From NCBI GenBank assembly GCA_964016885.1, contig OZ024741.1:189100001-189164000 (forward strand): DNA of 64,000 bases, given 5' to 3'. A program made the translations under genes and the position numbers. How positions within the stretch are numbered: position 1 is the first letter of the stretch; each line of letters starts with the position of its first letter. Source of the stretch: Eledone cirrhosa. Lineage: Eukaryota. Positions 1 through 12,884 of this stretch are shown here, piece after piece. Under the pieces are notes generated by a model. The model did not search any database. It had not been told where the DNA came from and saw only the letters and a list, made by a program, of their open reading frames with translations.

Positions 1-254
1 CCTCGGTCCGATTTGATGAAAGTCGATCAACTGTCGATGTATCATTTGATATTTAATATACTATTATATCATCTCTACCACTCCTGCACTAGCGCCTTAG
101 GCCCCAGTGCCCTCTGGACCTTCTCAAAGACTCGGGGGGGGGGGGGGGGGGGTAGCACCCACTTTGAGAACCGCTGTTGTAGTAGATGAGTAAAGTAATG
201 CTCAAAGACAAGACAAACAATGAATTGCAGAGGATGATGGCAATAGAGCCAGTG

Positions 255-470
255 ATGCATGCTGTGAAGAAATTACTAGGTCATATGCTGATGAAGGGTG
301 ATAGTAACTGGCTTAGAGGAACTATGAGAATGAATGTGGAAGAAAGTAGAGGAAGAGGAAGACCAAGTAAGACATGGCTAAAGATGATGGAGGAGGAGAT
401 GAAAGCCAGGGAGTTAGTGATGGTGGATGCAAAGGGCAAAATGGAGAAGCTTGTCATGAGGCCCACAAAT
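255..470 (+). mobile_element. Degenerate 3' fragment of an RTE-clade LINE
   Basis: Translation GHMLMKGDSNWL...RGRGRPSKTW resembles the RTE C-terminus seen in the other copies. Confidence 0.55.
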
Positions 471-1299
471 TTAACCTCTACTTTAACAAAGAAAATTGCC
501 TTAAAACACTTGTATAAACTGTTTCTCTTCTAGTGATACTCTCTTCAAACAACCACATTTGTAGCATTAAATTCAGTTAGGTATTTATAAAGGTATTTAT
601 TTAAATATATTTGAATGTTAATGAGTTTCTGAAGTTTTATTATTGTTGTTGTTGTTTAGCTCCAGCTTAGCTCCGAATCAGCAGATTTATTATGAATGTT
701 GTTCATATAATTATCCTGTCTTTTATTCAAACATACATTTAGAACTGTATTAGTGGGATTCTAAACATAGATTGGTATGTTTATCCCTCCTTTCTGAAAC
801 AGTTTCATCGTATGTTCACCAATTGATGCAGAAGTCCTAATAAAAAGTGAAGTCGCCTTGGGTGAATAGGCAAATAATTTTCCATTAAGATATTTTAAAA
901 GCATGTAATTGTGTTCCCTCTCTTTTTTGTGTTTGTTTTTGCTGCTGTTAGTGTGATAGCGGCCATTGGTTGTACTACTAACACAGTCTCGTCCTTCTTC
1001 AGCCAATCGTGTATATCCCTTTCTGCCTCGTCAGCAATGAGAACAATATTTGCTCTAGGGTTCTTATATATTTGATATATATTTATCCTTATCGAAGCTT
1101 GTGAAATAAATACATTTGTTTATATTTTGTTATTGTGTATGCAAAAATATCTGTACACGAATATATAATTATATATATTAAAATAACAGATTAAAGTTTA
1201 AGCAAAGAATCGCTGCTTTCACCCTTAACAGGATCTTCTGAAACTAAAAAAAATCAATCTGTGAACGCAGAAGTAAATATTTTGAAAAACGTTACACAC

Positions 1300-1337
<38 letters not shown>

Positions 1338-1409
1338 ATATACATATATACACACACACACATATAGTGTCATAATGTCGTAATGCAGTCAGCCAGACAT
1401 ACAGACAGA

Positions 1410-1648
1410 TATTATAAGGGCGCGACGATATAACTGTATCTATCTAAAAAGACAGACTAAGAAAGACAGAGATCACTTTTTCGCCTAATGCGATCCCTAG
1501 GGCCTTGAAAATTTGAAATATGTTTTGCTCAAAACAGTCACATGACCATAAGTATTATATGTGTAAAGTTTGAAAAAAATCAGCTGGGTTGTTCTCGAGT
1601 TTTAGTGAGTCAGACAGACAGACATTCTCTGTTTTAGATATATAGATT
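1410..1648 (-). mobile_element. Possible terminal fragment of a non-autonomous rolling-circle (Helitron-like) element
   Basis: Ends in (CAGA)n-attctctgttttagatatatagat, which reads ATC... on the minus strand. No matching CTAG/hairpin end seen. Confidence 0.3.
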
Positions 1649-2073
1649 ATATATGTCTTACTTCTTCTTAGACAATAGAGTGTTATCAGCAGCAAATGCA
1701 GACTGTCTTATAGTTAGCTGTTCATTGTTTATTCTTTGTTTGTGAAAAATTAACTCTAGATGCAAATTGCAAAAGAGTTTGTCCAGCATTTATTTTTCTG
1801 CAAGTGTTTCTGTTGTTGTCCATGCCACACTACCATAGAACTGAACTGTTTCACTGCAAGCTTTGAGAATCAGCATTTTAATGTAATCACTGATAGAATT
1901 TTACATATCCTGCCTTTTAAAATAGGTATATTATTCATGTACACTCTAAGAGGTGATAAAAATGGTTGGTATCAAGAGAGTCATCCAGCTGTAAAACACT
2001 GCCTCAAGAAGTTCTCTCCTGCCCATGCCAGTATGAAAGTGCTGACATAAAACAATGACAATATATGTGTCTC

Positions 2074-3661
2074 AGGGGACGTAGGCACTAAACTGGTTGC
2101 ACACATCATCAATCAGGTTATATATGGCGGTGTCATACCCAAAGACTGGTGCAGCAGTATTCTCATAAATTGCTACAAAGGTAAAGGAGATGCTCTGGAG
2201 AAGAACAATTAAAGGGGTATGAAACTGATGGATCAGGTTATGAAAGTGGCAGAAAGGATATTAGCGCAACTAATTAGAGAAAGGGTCAAACTAGATGAGA
2301 TGCGGTTTGGTTTTGTGCCAGGGAAAAGTACAACAGATAACCTCTTCTTAGTGAAGCAACTGCAAGAGAGGTTCTTAGAGAAGAATAAGCCACTATACTT
2401 AGCCTTTGTTGACCTAGAGAAAGCCTTTGATAGTGTACCCCGATCTGTCATCTGGTGGTCCCTAAGGAAACTAGGTGTTAAGGAATGGCTTGTGAAGACA
2501 GTGCAAGCTATGTACAGGGGTGCTGTCAGTACAGTGAGTGTAGGAATGGAGTTTAGTGAGGAATTTCAGATACAAGTAGGAGTACATCAGTGTTTGGTCC
2601 TCAGCCCGCTCTTGTTCATTATAGTCCTCCAAGCCATAACAGAGGAGTTTAAGACTGGCTGTCCATGGGAACTTCTCTATGCTGACGATCTGGTTCTTAT
2701 AGCAGAATCAGTAGAGGAGCTAGAGAATAAATTCTGGCTATGGAAACAGCAGTTGGAATCAAGAGGACTGAGAGTGAACCTAGCTAAGACAAAAGTGTTG
2801 ATGAGTAGAAAAGAGGACACAACTCTGATTCCGCCAGGGAAATGGCCATGTTCGATATGCAGAAAAGAAACTGGCATAAATTCTATAAAATGCACACAAT
2901 GCAGATCTTGGGTACACAAGAGATTTAGTGGGATAGCAGGCAAACTAACAGGTAGGGAGAAATATGTATGCAGTAGATGTACAGGGAAATTTGACAGTAG
3001 AAGTTGCATTGATAGACACATTTTTCAAATGCAGGTAGGTTCTATAGAATTGGTTGATAGCTTCCGGTACCTAGGTGATCTGATTAGCATGGGAGGAGGG
3101 TGTTCCGAGGCCATAGTATCTAGAATAAGGACAGGTTGGAAGAAGTTCAGTGAGCTGCTTCCTCTGCTGACGAAGAAGCGTTTCTTCCTACTTACAAAAG
3201 GCTGGTTATATGATGCCTGTGTGATGTGCACGATGTTGCATGGTAGTGAGACATGGCCACCAACTGCAGAGGATATGTGACGGCTGGAGAGAAATGAGGC
3301 AAGCATGCTCCATTGGATGTGCAATGTGAATGTACGTGAACAACCAAGCATGGATGTATTGAGAGAGAAACTGTGTTTAAGAGGGATAAGTTGTAGTGTA
3401 CGGGAGAGAAGACTGCGATGGTATGGACATGTGATGCGCATGGAGGATGACCGCTGAGTAAAGAAGTGCTAAGAAATGCCAGTTGAAGAAAGACACAGTA
3501 GAGGAAGACCACGAAAAACATAGGCGGAGGTGGTGAGAGCAGACCTCAGATCACTGAAGCTCACGGGGGAGATGACGAAGGACCGTGACAAATGGAAAGA
3601 TGCTGTGCTGAATAGGACCCGACCCACCCTTGCAAGCAGGTAAAAGTGGACGTAAAATGAT
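2074..3661 (+). mobile_element. 5'-truncated RTE-clade LINE (RT + PHD-type finger), with stop codons
   Basis: ORF 2219-3280 with FVDLEKAFD, GVHQ..LSPLLF, LLYADD and FRYLG. 3' tail gtggacgtaaaatgat. Confidence 0.92.
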
Positions 3662-4088
3662 ATATATATATGCTTGTGTATATCTTTTGCCAATGCATAT
3701 TATAAAAGCAATGATGGTTATGCTATTGATCATGACGATGGCAATGGTGGTGATTTTGGTGACTGGCTGACTCACTCACTGAATAATTCTGAATGAAGCA
3801 AAGTTTGTCTTTTGCTACTAATGCCAATTGTTATCTTTGTCTAAAAGTATTTCTACTGTCTGAGTGGTAGCCCAAAGTTAACAGAAATCATAAGTCTAAG
3901 AGCCAAATAGTTTGACCAATTTTGTTTATTATTTCAGGAGAATTGGTAGAGTATCTGATAAAATGCCATTACAGCATTTGTTCTGACATTTTACATTCCA
4001 CATTCAAATCCCATTAAGTTCAATTTTCCATTCTTCTAGTGTTGATAAAATAAACTATCAGTCAAATACTACCCTTTCTAACAACAAT

Positions 4089-4233
4089 GAGGTAACAAGA
4101 AGTACTACATGATCACTAGAAATAGGTGTGATTCATAGATATATCATGTCATCATCTAGCTGCTAGATGATGACATGATATATCTATGAATCACACCTAT
4201 TTCTAGTGATCATGTAGTACTTCTTGTTACCTC
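4089..4233. repeat. Perfect 145-bp palindrome (72-bp arms, 1-nt centre at 4161)
   Basis: 4089-4160 is the exact reverse complement of 4162-4233. Confidence 0.95.
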
Positions 4234-5076
4234 TGCACTCCGACTAGCTGTAGTTTACAATATGGAGTAGAGGTTGGACAGAAGTCTGCTGTTGCTGTGT
4301 AGCTTTGCCAAGCCCTGATCAAGATCTCTTACATCAAAGAATGTTTTGTGCTAGGGAATATCCACTGAAATACAAGGGTAAGAAAGCCATTTGGTGGCAG
4401 ACATGTAGTATGATAACAAAGCTACATTTTGATCTTTAATGGAGTGTTATCTAATTTCAAACAGATGTGTGTATTTTCCAACAGTATTTTGACTGGAGAT
4501 AGTGAACATTGATGCCTATCTTAACAATTTGCTCTGACTAGTTGTCAATGCAGAGTGCTGTAAAAAGGTATTTTTCTTTCAGGCCAAGCCCTCATCAATA
4601 TCTTCCAGTACCACTTGGAGAGGAGGGTAAGGGTGAAGAAGGAGGCACTGGCTTCTAATGTGCTTTAAAAAAGATGTATGAGAACAGTGAGATTGACAAA
4701 GCTAAATGAGCCTACCCTGACTAAGCTTTTCTGCATAAGATGAAAGAAACTGGAAAAGAACACTTTTAATGACTTTGATGCAGCAGGTTGACATTGTGTG
4801 TTGATGTCCTCCAAATTATCCCAGATGGTGTTTTCCCTTTTCCTACCTATTGAGGATATATTCTTGTTGACCACATTCTTATTTATTTTGTTTTATCGAT
4901 TTTGCCATCTTTTTAATTGATGTAAATGACCATTGTTTTTTTTTCATGTTTCTACTGTTGATAAAATAAAGTATCATTTAAGTACTGTGGTAAATTTAAT
5001 CCACTAACCTTTCCCCACAAAATTTGTAGCCTTATGCTTATATTATAAACATTTATTATTATTATTGTTGTTGGTA

Positions 5077-5490
5077 GGGCAGTGGATTGGCAGAATCAGT
5101 AGAGCGTCAGACCAAATGCTTTGTAGTATTTAGTTATGGTCTTTTACCTTCTGTTTTCTAATCCCACCAAGGTTAGCTTTGCCTTTCATCCTTACGAGGT
5201 CATTAAAACAAAGCACCAGTAACACACTCAGGTAGATTTTATTGACTTTCCCCTTCCCTTCAAAATGCTAGCCTTGTGCCAAAAGTAGAAACAAGAAACT
5301 GTTATTATTATTATTGTTGTTGTTCTTAGCATGGTGGATTTGCCATATCGATAGAGCATCAGACAAAATACTTTATTTTCTACGTTCTAAGTTCAAATCC
5401 TGCTATAGTCAACTTTGCTTTTCACCCTTCCAGGGTTGATAAAATATGTTATAATAGAATTTCTTACCTTGTGCCTATGTTAGAAGCAAC
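5077..5490 (+). mobile_element. Two tandem diverged copies of tRNA-derived SINE family A
   Basis: tggattggcag..., gttcaaatcc B-box-like, gcctttcatcc core and ccttgtgccaaaagtagaaac tail shared with other copies, separated by ATT/GTT repeats. Confidence 0.75.
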
Positions 5491-5550
5491 TGTTGTTGTT
5501 ATATCTCTAATTATCTCCCTCTTATTGTTTCTTTCTATTTATCCCCACAG

Positions 5551-5745
5551 ATGGTGCGTCCTGCTGCCCAGGCTGGTAACAAATCAGAAGAACTCAGTCT
5601 CCTGGCATTATTTGCATTCTTTGTCAACCGTTGTCGATTGAATCTTCACATAATTATTGCATTCAGTCCAATTGGTAATGCATTCCGTAACCGTTTACGT
5701 CAATTTCCTTCACTCATTAACTGTTGTACAATCGACTGGTTCCAG
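5551..5745 (+). CDS. DNAH12: Axonemal dynein heavy chain (DNAH12-like), internal exon 1 of 7 in window; C-terminal AAA4 region
   Basis: Polypyrimidine tract + cag acceptor ending 5550, gt donor at 5746. Translates VRPAAQAGNKSEELSLLALFAFFVNRCRLNLHIIIAFSPIGNAFRNRLRQFPSLINCCTIDWFQ, a hallmark dynein heavy chain motif. 195 nt, phase 0-0. Orthology to DNAH12 is from recollection, not a search. Confidence 0.9.
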
Positions 5746-5798
5746 GTACACACTTTCTGCATCATTAATTCTATGTAAATTTGTAACTATTGTTATAT

Positions 5799-6110
5799 GG
5801 TGGTGGTGCTGGTGGTGGTGATGGGAGATCAGTTATAGTTGTAGTGGAGATTTAAACGGTGGTTATTAGTGACGGCAGTGGTGATGGTGGTGGTGATGGT
5901 GGTGGTGGTGGTGGTGGTAGATCAGTTGTTGTTACAGTGGAGATTGGAATGGTGGGGTGGTTACTAGTGGCAGTGGTGGTGGTGGTGGTGGTTGGTGATC
6001 ATGGTGGTAGTGGTAGGAGTTGTGAGGAGAGGCAGAGATTGGGATGGTGGTGGTGGTGGTGGGAGGATTGTGTTTGTGGTAGTGGTAGTGGTAATGGTGA
6101 AGAAAGGGAG
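5799..6110. repeat. (GGT)n-rich low-complexity tract
   Basis: Direct inspection. Confidence 0.85.
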
Positions 6111-6394
6111 TGATAATGTTGGTTCAAACTGTTCCAAAATAAATCAGTGGAAATAATCCTGTTGTTGTTTAGAAAGACAATGGCCTATTTTGTAGAATGT
6201 TTCACAATTGCTGCACATTTAAACTGTGATGGGAATAACACAGATGGTGTGTTTATTGACAGGCAGAGAAATTTATAGATTTGACACTGAGTGGGGTGGT
6301 ACTGTGGAGGGTGGTTCTGAAACAATATCACCACCCATTACCTCCCACTCCAGCCACTACAAGAACAACAAATGATATTTTCCATCCATAATAA

Positions 6395-6397
<3 letters not shown>

Positions 6398-6434
<37 letters not shown>

Positions 6435-6501
6435 TTATTATGGATGGAAAATATATATTTTTTTTCCAATATATATATATATATATGGTTATTATGAATG
6501 G

Positions 6502-6559
<58 letters not shown>

Positions 6560-6603
6560 TATGCATGTGTATATATATATATATAAATAGATGCATGTGT
6601 ATA

Positions 6604-6646
<43 letters not shown>

Positions 6647-6709
6647 ATGTATATACATATGTGTGTGTATATATATGTATGTGTATGTATATATGTAGGT
6701 ATGTAAGTG

Positions 6710-6742
<33 letters not shown>

Positions 6743-6765
6743 GTATATATATGTATATATATATA
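6398..6765. repeat. (TA)n/(TG)n compound microsatellite
   Basis: Direct inspection. Confidence 0.9.
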
Positions 6766-6965
6766 TCATCATCATCATCACTGTTTAACGTCCATTATTC
6801 CACACTAGCATGGGTTAGAGAAGTTTTCATATTGTGGGCAGTGTCCGGTCGGCTGACCTTGTTTTGCTCTTATGGGAACTTATTCTGGCTTGATTTCTAC
6901 AGCTGGATGCCCTTCCTAACACCAACCTCATTTACAGTGAGTGCTGGGTGCTTTTTTTCCGCGGC
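6766..6965 (-). mobile_element. Short non-autonomous RTE-related element (family B)
   Basis: Reverse complement of gttggtgttaggaagggcatccagctgtagaaa...aacccatgctagtgtggaa...ggacgttaaa(gat)n. Confidence 0.75.
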
Positions 6966-6999
6966 ACCTCCACAACCACTTTACAGTGGAATGATAGGG

Positions 7000-7155
7000 A
7001 CCCTAGTCCTATCATCTCATTTCTACAGCTGAGTAAACTGGAGCAATGTGAAATAAAGTGTCTTGCTCAAGGAAACAACACATCACCCGGTCCGAGAATT
7101 GAACTCACAACCTTTCGATTGCAAGCCCAATGCTCTAACCACTAAGCCATGTGCC
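7000..7155 (-). mobile_element. tRNA-derived SINE family C fragment
   Basis: Minus strand: atggcttagtggttagagc A box, gagttcaattc B box, then ccttgagcaagacactt. Similar to 26130-26420 and 18255-18545. Confidence 0.65.
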
Positions 7156-7419
7156 TTCACATATATATTTATTTATTATGTGTTTCTGCTGAGAGACTGA
7201 GGCCATGCTGGGGCACTGCCACTGATGCTACATTTTCTATAGCCAGCCTTTCCTGGTTGGCCATTGGTGCAAAAGGGAGTTTGTTGCTGCTGCTCTTATT
7301 TGTGCTTTGCTTTGTGTTGTGGGTTTTTCAGGGATCTTGGTCAGTAAAATGTCAAGATTTCTTGAAAACATTTATATACACACAATCTAGGTCACTCAAA
7401 TTTTTTGGCAGCTTATCAA

Positions 7420-9330
7420 AAAGCTGAAGTCCCTTGAACCCCAGGCTATTGCAGTATGTGATCCTTATTCTTGATGCAGCAGATGGGACCTTTGGCACTA
7501 CACTGTGTCTTCACTCCAGCGAGTAAAGCTTTAGTATTTTCAGCCTCTCCCAGTAGCTCATCTCTTTCATTGAGGCAATCCTCTTGGTGTAGCTTCGTTG
7601 GATTGCTTCAAGTTTTGAAGTTGGTTTGATACTGGGATGACCATGGCTGAGAGTCCTCCAGTGGACCCACATGATTTCCAAGTCTCTTGTTTTGAATGTC
7701 TTCAGAATTTAACCCGTTAGTCGTTTGTAAATTGCCATCATTTTGGTGATGTGTGTATGAAACGATGCATCATTGCTCATGTCAATACCCGGGTCCCATA
7801 TTGATTTTGTCTTAGGGATTTCGATTCCTCCTGGTCCAGTGTACCTTTATTGTGGTGGTCCTATGTTTGTTGGTTGATAGCGAAGGGCTTGAAACTTACG
7901 TGCATTAAATTGCATTTTATTGTTTTCAGCCCATCCATATATAACATCTAAATCTTGTACAAGAGTAGCATTAGCTGGTTTCTTGATTGCCTGTGCTACT
8001 TTCATGTCATAAGCATAGCTTGTGAGGGAGGCTGTCTGTACTACAGATAGCATGTCTGAAAGAGCCACCACAAACAGTAGTGGCTCCAAAACGGTTCCCA
8101 TGGGCACGCCGCTTGTTATTAACTTTTTCTTTGAGATGGCCCCATTGGTTGTAACAATCTGGCTTCTGTCTTTTAAGAAGTCATGAAGCCATTCACCTAG
8201 TTTTCCAGCTATGCCAAAGCTACATAGTTTGACATAACATTCCATGACCAACCTTGTTGAAGCCTTCACAAAGTCAAGATATATCACATCTACGTTTGAA
8301 TGCAGTCTAGCAGTTGCTTCAGTATCCAGTCATAATGCTGTAAGAGCTATGTAAAACAACTTCTACCTGGGTGTCAGTTAGAAGATAATTTTCCTCTAGA
8401 AAAGTGATTAGTTTCCTTCTGGTGATTCATTCCACGACTTTGCTGATTTGATAGGTCAGAGAGACAGGTCTGTAGTTTTTAGCATCTGCTCTGCTTTCTC
8501 CTTTATGGGTAGGACATATTATGCCTTCTTTTAGTTTCACTACTGGCAAGGGATCTTTGGAAGAGGATCTGCATGGTTTTGCAAATGTTTGCTTGAATGT
8601 TTTAGGAGGATTGCTGGGAAACCATCAGGGCCAGCTGCCGAATTTGATCTCATTTTGTCTATGGTTAATATTATATCTTTCACCTTTATATCGATGTAGT
8701 TGATGGTTGCCATTTCTCTGTATAATGCAGTTGTGTTGAAGAAGTCATTTAGCTTATTCATTTGCATGTCACTCATTGGAGGTGTGGAAAGACTTTTGTA
8801 TTGTTCATTCAGTGTCTCACTTATCTTTTGGGTCTGCAGTTAGTGAGCCAATTTTATGGAAAAGTGTATACCAAGGTGGTCTCTTTTGCAAATTTAAAGA
8901 AGGCCTTCGGCTTTGTCTTTATGTTTTCTATAGCCATGGCTTCTCTTTCTGTCCTCACCTTTTCATGGGAGAGTTACAGTTCATTTTCAGTTTGAAACTG
9001 TGCCTGCTTCAGGTGGGATTCTGTGTTGTTCTTTATTTGTGTATGTAGCTGGTTTGAGATCTTCAATCTTCTTCTCATGTCTCTGGGAGTAATATGTTTG
9101 TGTCTATTGGCTTTTCTTTCCAGGGCCAACTTGGAGCCTATGGCTTGTATTATTTCCATGAATTGCTCAAGTTGTATGCTGATGTCATCCATAGAGAAGC
9201 ATCAGTCCAGTTTTGCTTCAGGAGCTCCTCATGAATCCTTTTCCAGTTAGCTTTGTGGAATTTTACTGGATAGTGACTGAGTGCTTCCTGTTGGCTGATA
9301 TCTATAGTCTTCCTCAGACCATACATTCCT
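7420..9330 (-). mobile_element. Degenerate CR1-clade LINE
   Basis: Broken ORFs: SAAGPDGFPAILLK, IYLDFVKA, GIAGKLGEWLHDFLKDRSQ, SGVPMGTVLEPLLF, YAYDMK, WAENNKMQFN. Confidence 0.8.
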
Positions 9331-9859
9331 AGATATATATGTTGGACCCTTTAGATTTATCCATATTATTGAAAAGATTAGATTCTAAGTTAAACGAACA
9401 TATAATAGTTTAAATACTGATGGCTAATGGACTAAGAACAAGGAAAGGCAACAAAAAATGAACAGCTTACATTACATTTCTCAAATCAACAATTTGGCAG
9501 TAAGGTTACATAAATTCTGGTTTTGTACCCTACAAAGCTTATTTTATATATTTGTGGAGAGAAGGGGGGGGGAGAAGATGTAAGCGTATAAACAATGTAT
9601 GAGAGAGAGATGGGAGGAAGATTCTAGAAGTAAATAATAATAACAGTGGGCAACTTTACAAGAAGATTAGTTTTTAGATTAATCCCTATTATTGAAAAAA
9701 TTAGATTCTAAGTTAAACGAAGTAAATAATATTAACAGTGGGCGTCTTTATGAGAAGAATGGTTTTTAGTAAAGGTCCAACTCCTGCCAACACCACCCTT
9801 TCTCTATAAAGTTATGTTGGTACAACAGAACATCCAGTCCAAACTAAAGAGGTTGTGTA

Positions 9860-10110
9860 GGTGTCACGACAAAAAAAAAACACACAGTCCACGCTGTAAT
9901 GTGGCCGTGTAGGTAATATGGTAAAAAGCTTCCAGTCCACACTGTAAATGTAGTTGGTGTTAGGAAGGGCATCCAGCCGTAGAAAACCTGCCAGACAGTC
10001 CTATACGAGCGAAACACAGTCACCCGACCAATCTTGCCTCAAGTGGGACAACTCCCGTCTAACTCTGCTAGCTTGGAAGATAGACGTAAAAGGATGATGA
10101 TGATGATGAT
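9860..10110 (+). mobile_element. Non-autonomous RTE-related element (family B)
   Basis: Closely resembles 52845-53163; ends in (GAT)n. Confidence 0.75.
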
Positions 10111-10137
10111 ATATTTGTATATATATGTATACATATA

Positions 10138-11168
10138 TCATCATCATCATCATCATTTTATGTTCGCTTTTCCCTGCTTGCAAGGGTGGGACGGGTCTTA
10201 TTCAGCACAGCATCTCTCCACTCGTCACGTTCCTTCGTCATCTCCACCGTGAGCTTCAATGATCTGAGGTATATTCTCACCACCTCCGCCCATGTTTTTC
10301 ATGGTCTACCTCTACCACGTCTTCCTTCAACTGGCATTTCCTGGCACTTCTTCACCCATCGGTCATCCTCCATGCGCATCACATGTCCATACCACCTCAG
10401 TCTCCTCTCCCGTACACTACATTCTATCCCTCTCAGACACAGTTTCTCTCTCAACACATTTATGCTGGGTCGTTCACGCACATTTACACTGCACATCCAA
10501 CGGAGCATGCTTGCCTCATTTCTCTCCAGCCGTTGCATATCCTCTGCAGTTGCTGCCCATGTCTCACTACCATGCAGCAACGCGCTCCTCACACAGGCAT
10601 CATACAACCGGCCTTTCGTACGCAGGGAGAAACCCTTCTTCGTCAACAGAGGAAACAGCTCCCTAAACTTCTTCCAATCCATCCTTATTCTAGATACTAT
10701 GGCCTCGGAACACCCTCCTCCCATGCTAATCTGATCTCCTAGGTACCGGAAGCTATCCACCACTTCTATAGCGCCCTCCTGCATTTGAAAAATGTGTCTA
10801 TCAATGCGACTTCTACTGTCTAATTTCCCTGTACATCTACTGCATACATACTTCTCCCTACCTGTTAGTTTGCCTGCTATTCCGCTACATCTCTTGTGTA
10901 CCCAAGATCTGCATTGTGTGCATTTTATAGAATTTATGCCAGTTCCTTTTCTGCATATCGAACATGGCCATTTCCCTGACGGAATGAGAGTTTTGTCCTC
11001 TTTTCTACTCATCAACACTTTTGTCTTAGCTAGGTTCACTCTCAGTCCTCTTGCTTCCAACTGCTGTTTCCATAGCCAGAATTTATTCTCTAGTTCCTCT
11101 ACTGATTCTGCTATAAGAACCAGATCATCAGCATAGAGAAGTTCCCATGGACAGCCAGTCTTAAACTG
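10138..11168 (-). mobile_element. 5'-truncated RTE-clade LINE
   Basis: ORF 10299-11183 (LLYADD, PHD-type finger, [15 protein letters not shown]), very similar to 2074-3661; (GAT)n tail. Confidence 0.92.
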
Positions 11169-11313
11169 TATATATTTGTACATATATGTATATATATATA
11201 TATATTTGATTATATATGTGTATATATATATATATATATATTTGTATATATATGTATATGTATATGTATATATATGTATATGTATATATATATATATTAT
11301 ATATATATATTTG

Positions 11314-11349
<36 letters not shown>

Positions 11350-11540
11350 ATTATATATATTTGTATATATATTATATATATATATTTGTATATATATATA
11401 TATTATATATATGTATGTATATATATATTATATATATATCTATATATATAATATATATATGTATATATATATATATGTATATATATATGATATATATTTG
11501 TAAATATACATTTTATATATATATATTTGTATATATATAT
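11169..11540. repeat. (TA)n-rich microsatellite
   Basis: Direct inspection. Confidence 0.9.
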
Positions 11541-11700
11541 AAAAAAGAAAATTTCGCTCTACATGGCTGAATACAATAAATGTAATCTGAGTTTTTTGAA
11601 TATTAATAATTGTTTCTACTTTTGGCACAAGGCCAGCAAATACCCAGTGCATTACTGGTACTTTATTTTATCGACCCCATAAGGATGAAAGGCAAAGTTT

Positions 11701-12051
11701 AACATTCGATTCGTTTGCAATTATGCAAACAAGCCTCAATTTTATAGCCATGTCAGTAGAATGAACACTTCATTCTTGCCCTTGTGTTGGCATGCGAACA
11801 GAACTGCAGACACCAATGTTTCTGGATATCACCCTTCATCAGTACAGCTCACTGTTCAACTGCCAAACTGCCAGAGCTAGTGAAAATATATTGCTCGTAT
11901 ACAGGAAACTAACTGGCCAGTCTGCAAATCTGGCTGATCAGTGGATGTGCTAATATGCAGATCTGACTGATCATCCAGTCTGCTAATATGCAAATCAGGC
12001 TGATCAGTCTCTGTTTATTTTTGAAAATAGCATATATTTTCACTAGCTCTG
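11701..12051. mobile_element. Hammerhead-bearing element, octamer-spacer family; left arm long, right arm truncated
   Basis: 11872-11891 is inverted at 12032-12051. Spacer has atatgcaaatcaggctgatcag. Distal arm resembles 48135-48200. Confidence 0.6.
11796..11857 (-). ncRNA. Type I hammerhead ribozyme motif
   Basis: Minus strand: GAACAG-TGAGCTGTA CTGATGA A-GGGT gat ATCC-A GAAA CA ttgg TG TC | TGCAGTTCTGTTC. Stems I-III pair, GUC triplet, predicted cut between 11809 and 11808. Confidence 0.8.
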
Positions 12052-12052
12052 A

Positions 12053-12596
12053 CATCCTCCATGCGCATCACATGTCCATAATATTGCAGTCTTCTCTCCC
12101 GCACACTACAACACAGTTTCTCTCTCAACTCATCTACACTTGGTCATTCACGCACATTGACATTGCAAATCCAACGGATCATGCTTGCTTTATTTCTTTC
12201 CAGCCGTCGCATATCCTCTGCAGTTTCTGCCCATGTCTCACTACCATGCAGCATCGTGCATCTCACACAGGCATTATATAACTGTCCTTTCATACCCAGG
12301 GAGAAACCCTTCTTTGTCAACAGAGGAAGCAGCTCCCTAAACTTCTTCCAACCCATCCTTATTCTAGATACTATGGCCTCGGAACACCCCTCTCCCATGC
12401 TAATCTGATCACCTAGGTACCGGAAGCTATCAACCACTTCTATAGAACCCACAGGCATTTGAAAAATGTGTCTATCACTGCGACTTCTACTGTCAAATTT
12501 CCCTGTACATCTACTGCATATGTAGTTTTCCCTACCTGTTAGTTTGTCTGCTATCCCACACATCTCTTGTGTACCCAAGATCTGCATTGTGTACAT
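12053..12596 (-). mobile_element. Internal RTE LINE fragment
   Basis: ORF 12144-12596 matches the other RTE copies (FRYLGD, LHGSETW). Confidence 0.88.
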
Positions 12597-12823
12597 ATTA
12601 TATGTATGTGTATGTATATATATATATGTATGTAAAAGGTAAACAGAGATAACAACACAATCGGTACAGTATATTGAAGATATATATTAGGTTAACACTC
12701 GATATAGCAGGAAAAGGGTCTTAACATTTCAGAAGAAAGAATGAGAAATAAAATAGATTGAGGGTTGGGCGGGATGGAATTGAAAAAATGTCTTCAGATA
12801 AAAATAACAGGTCCATCCATGTT

Positions 12824-12884
<61 letters not shown>

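Noticed and set aside
288-320. ctgatgaagggtgata, matching the 11.8-kb hammerhead core
   Set aside because: No stem II partner or GAAA; lies in decayed RTE coding sequence.
4583-4626. Exon-like segment between tttcag and gtaag
   Set aside because: 44 nt, frame-breaking and not dynein-like.
5551-5553. ATG as the start of the dynein gene
   Set aside because: It follows a splice acceptor and the sequence corresponds to the middle of the motor domain.
12720-12808. Minus-strand CTGAAGA...GAAA
   Set aside because: Stems I and II do not form convincingly.
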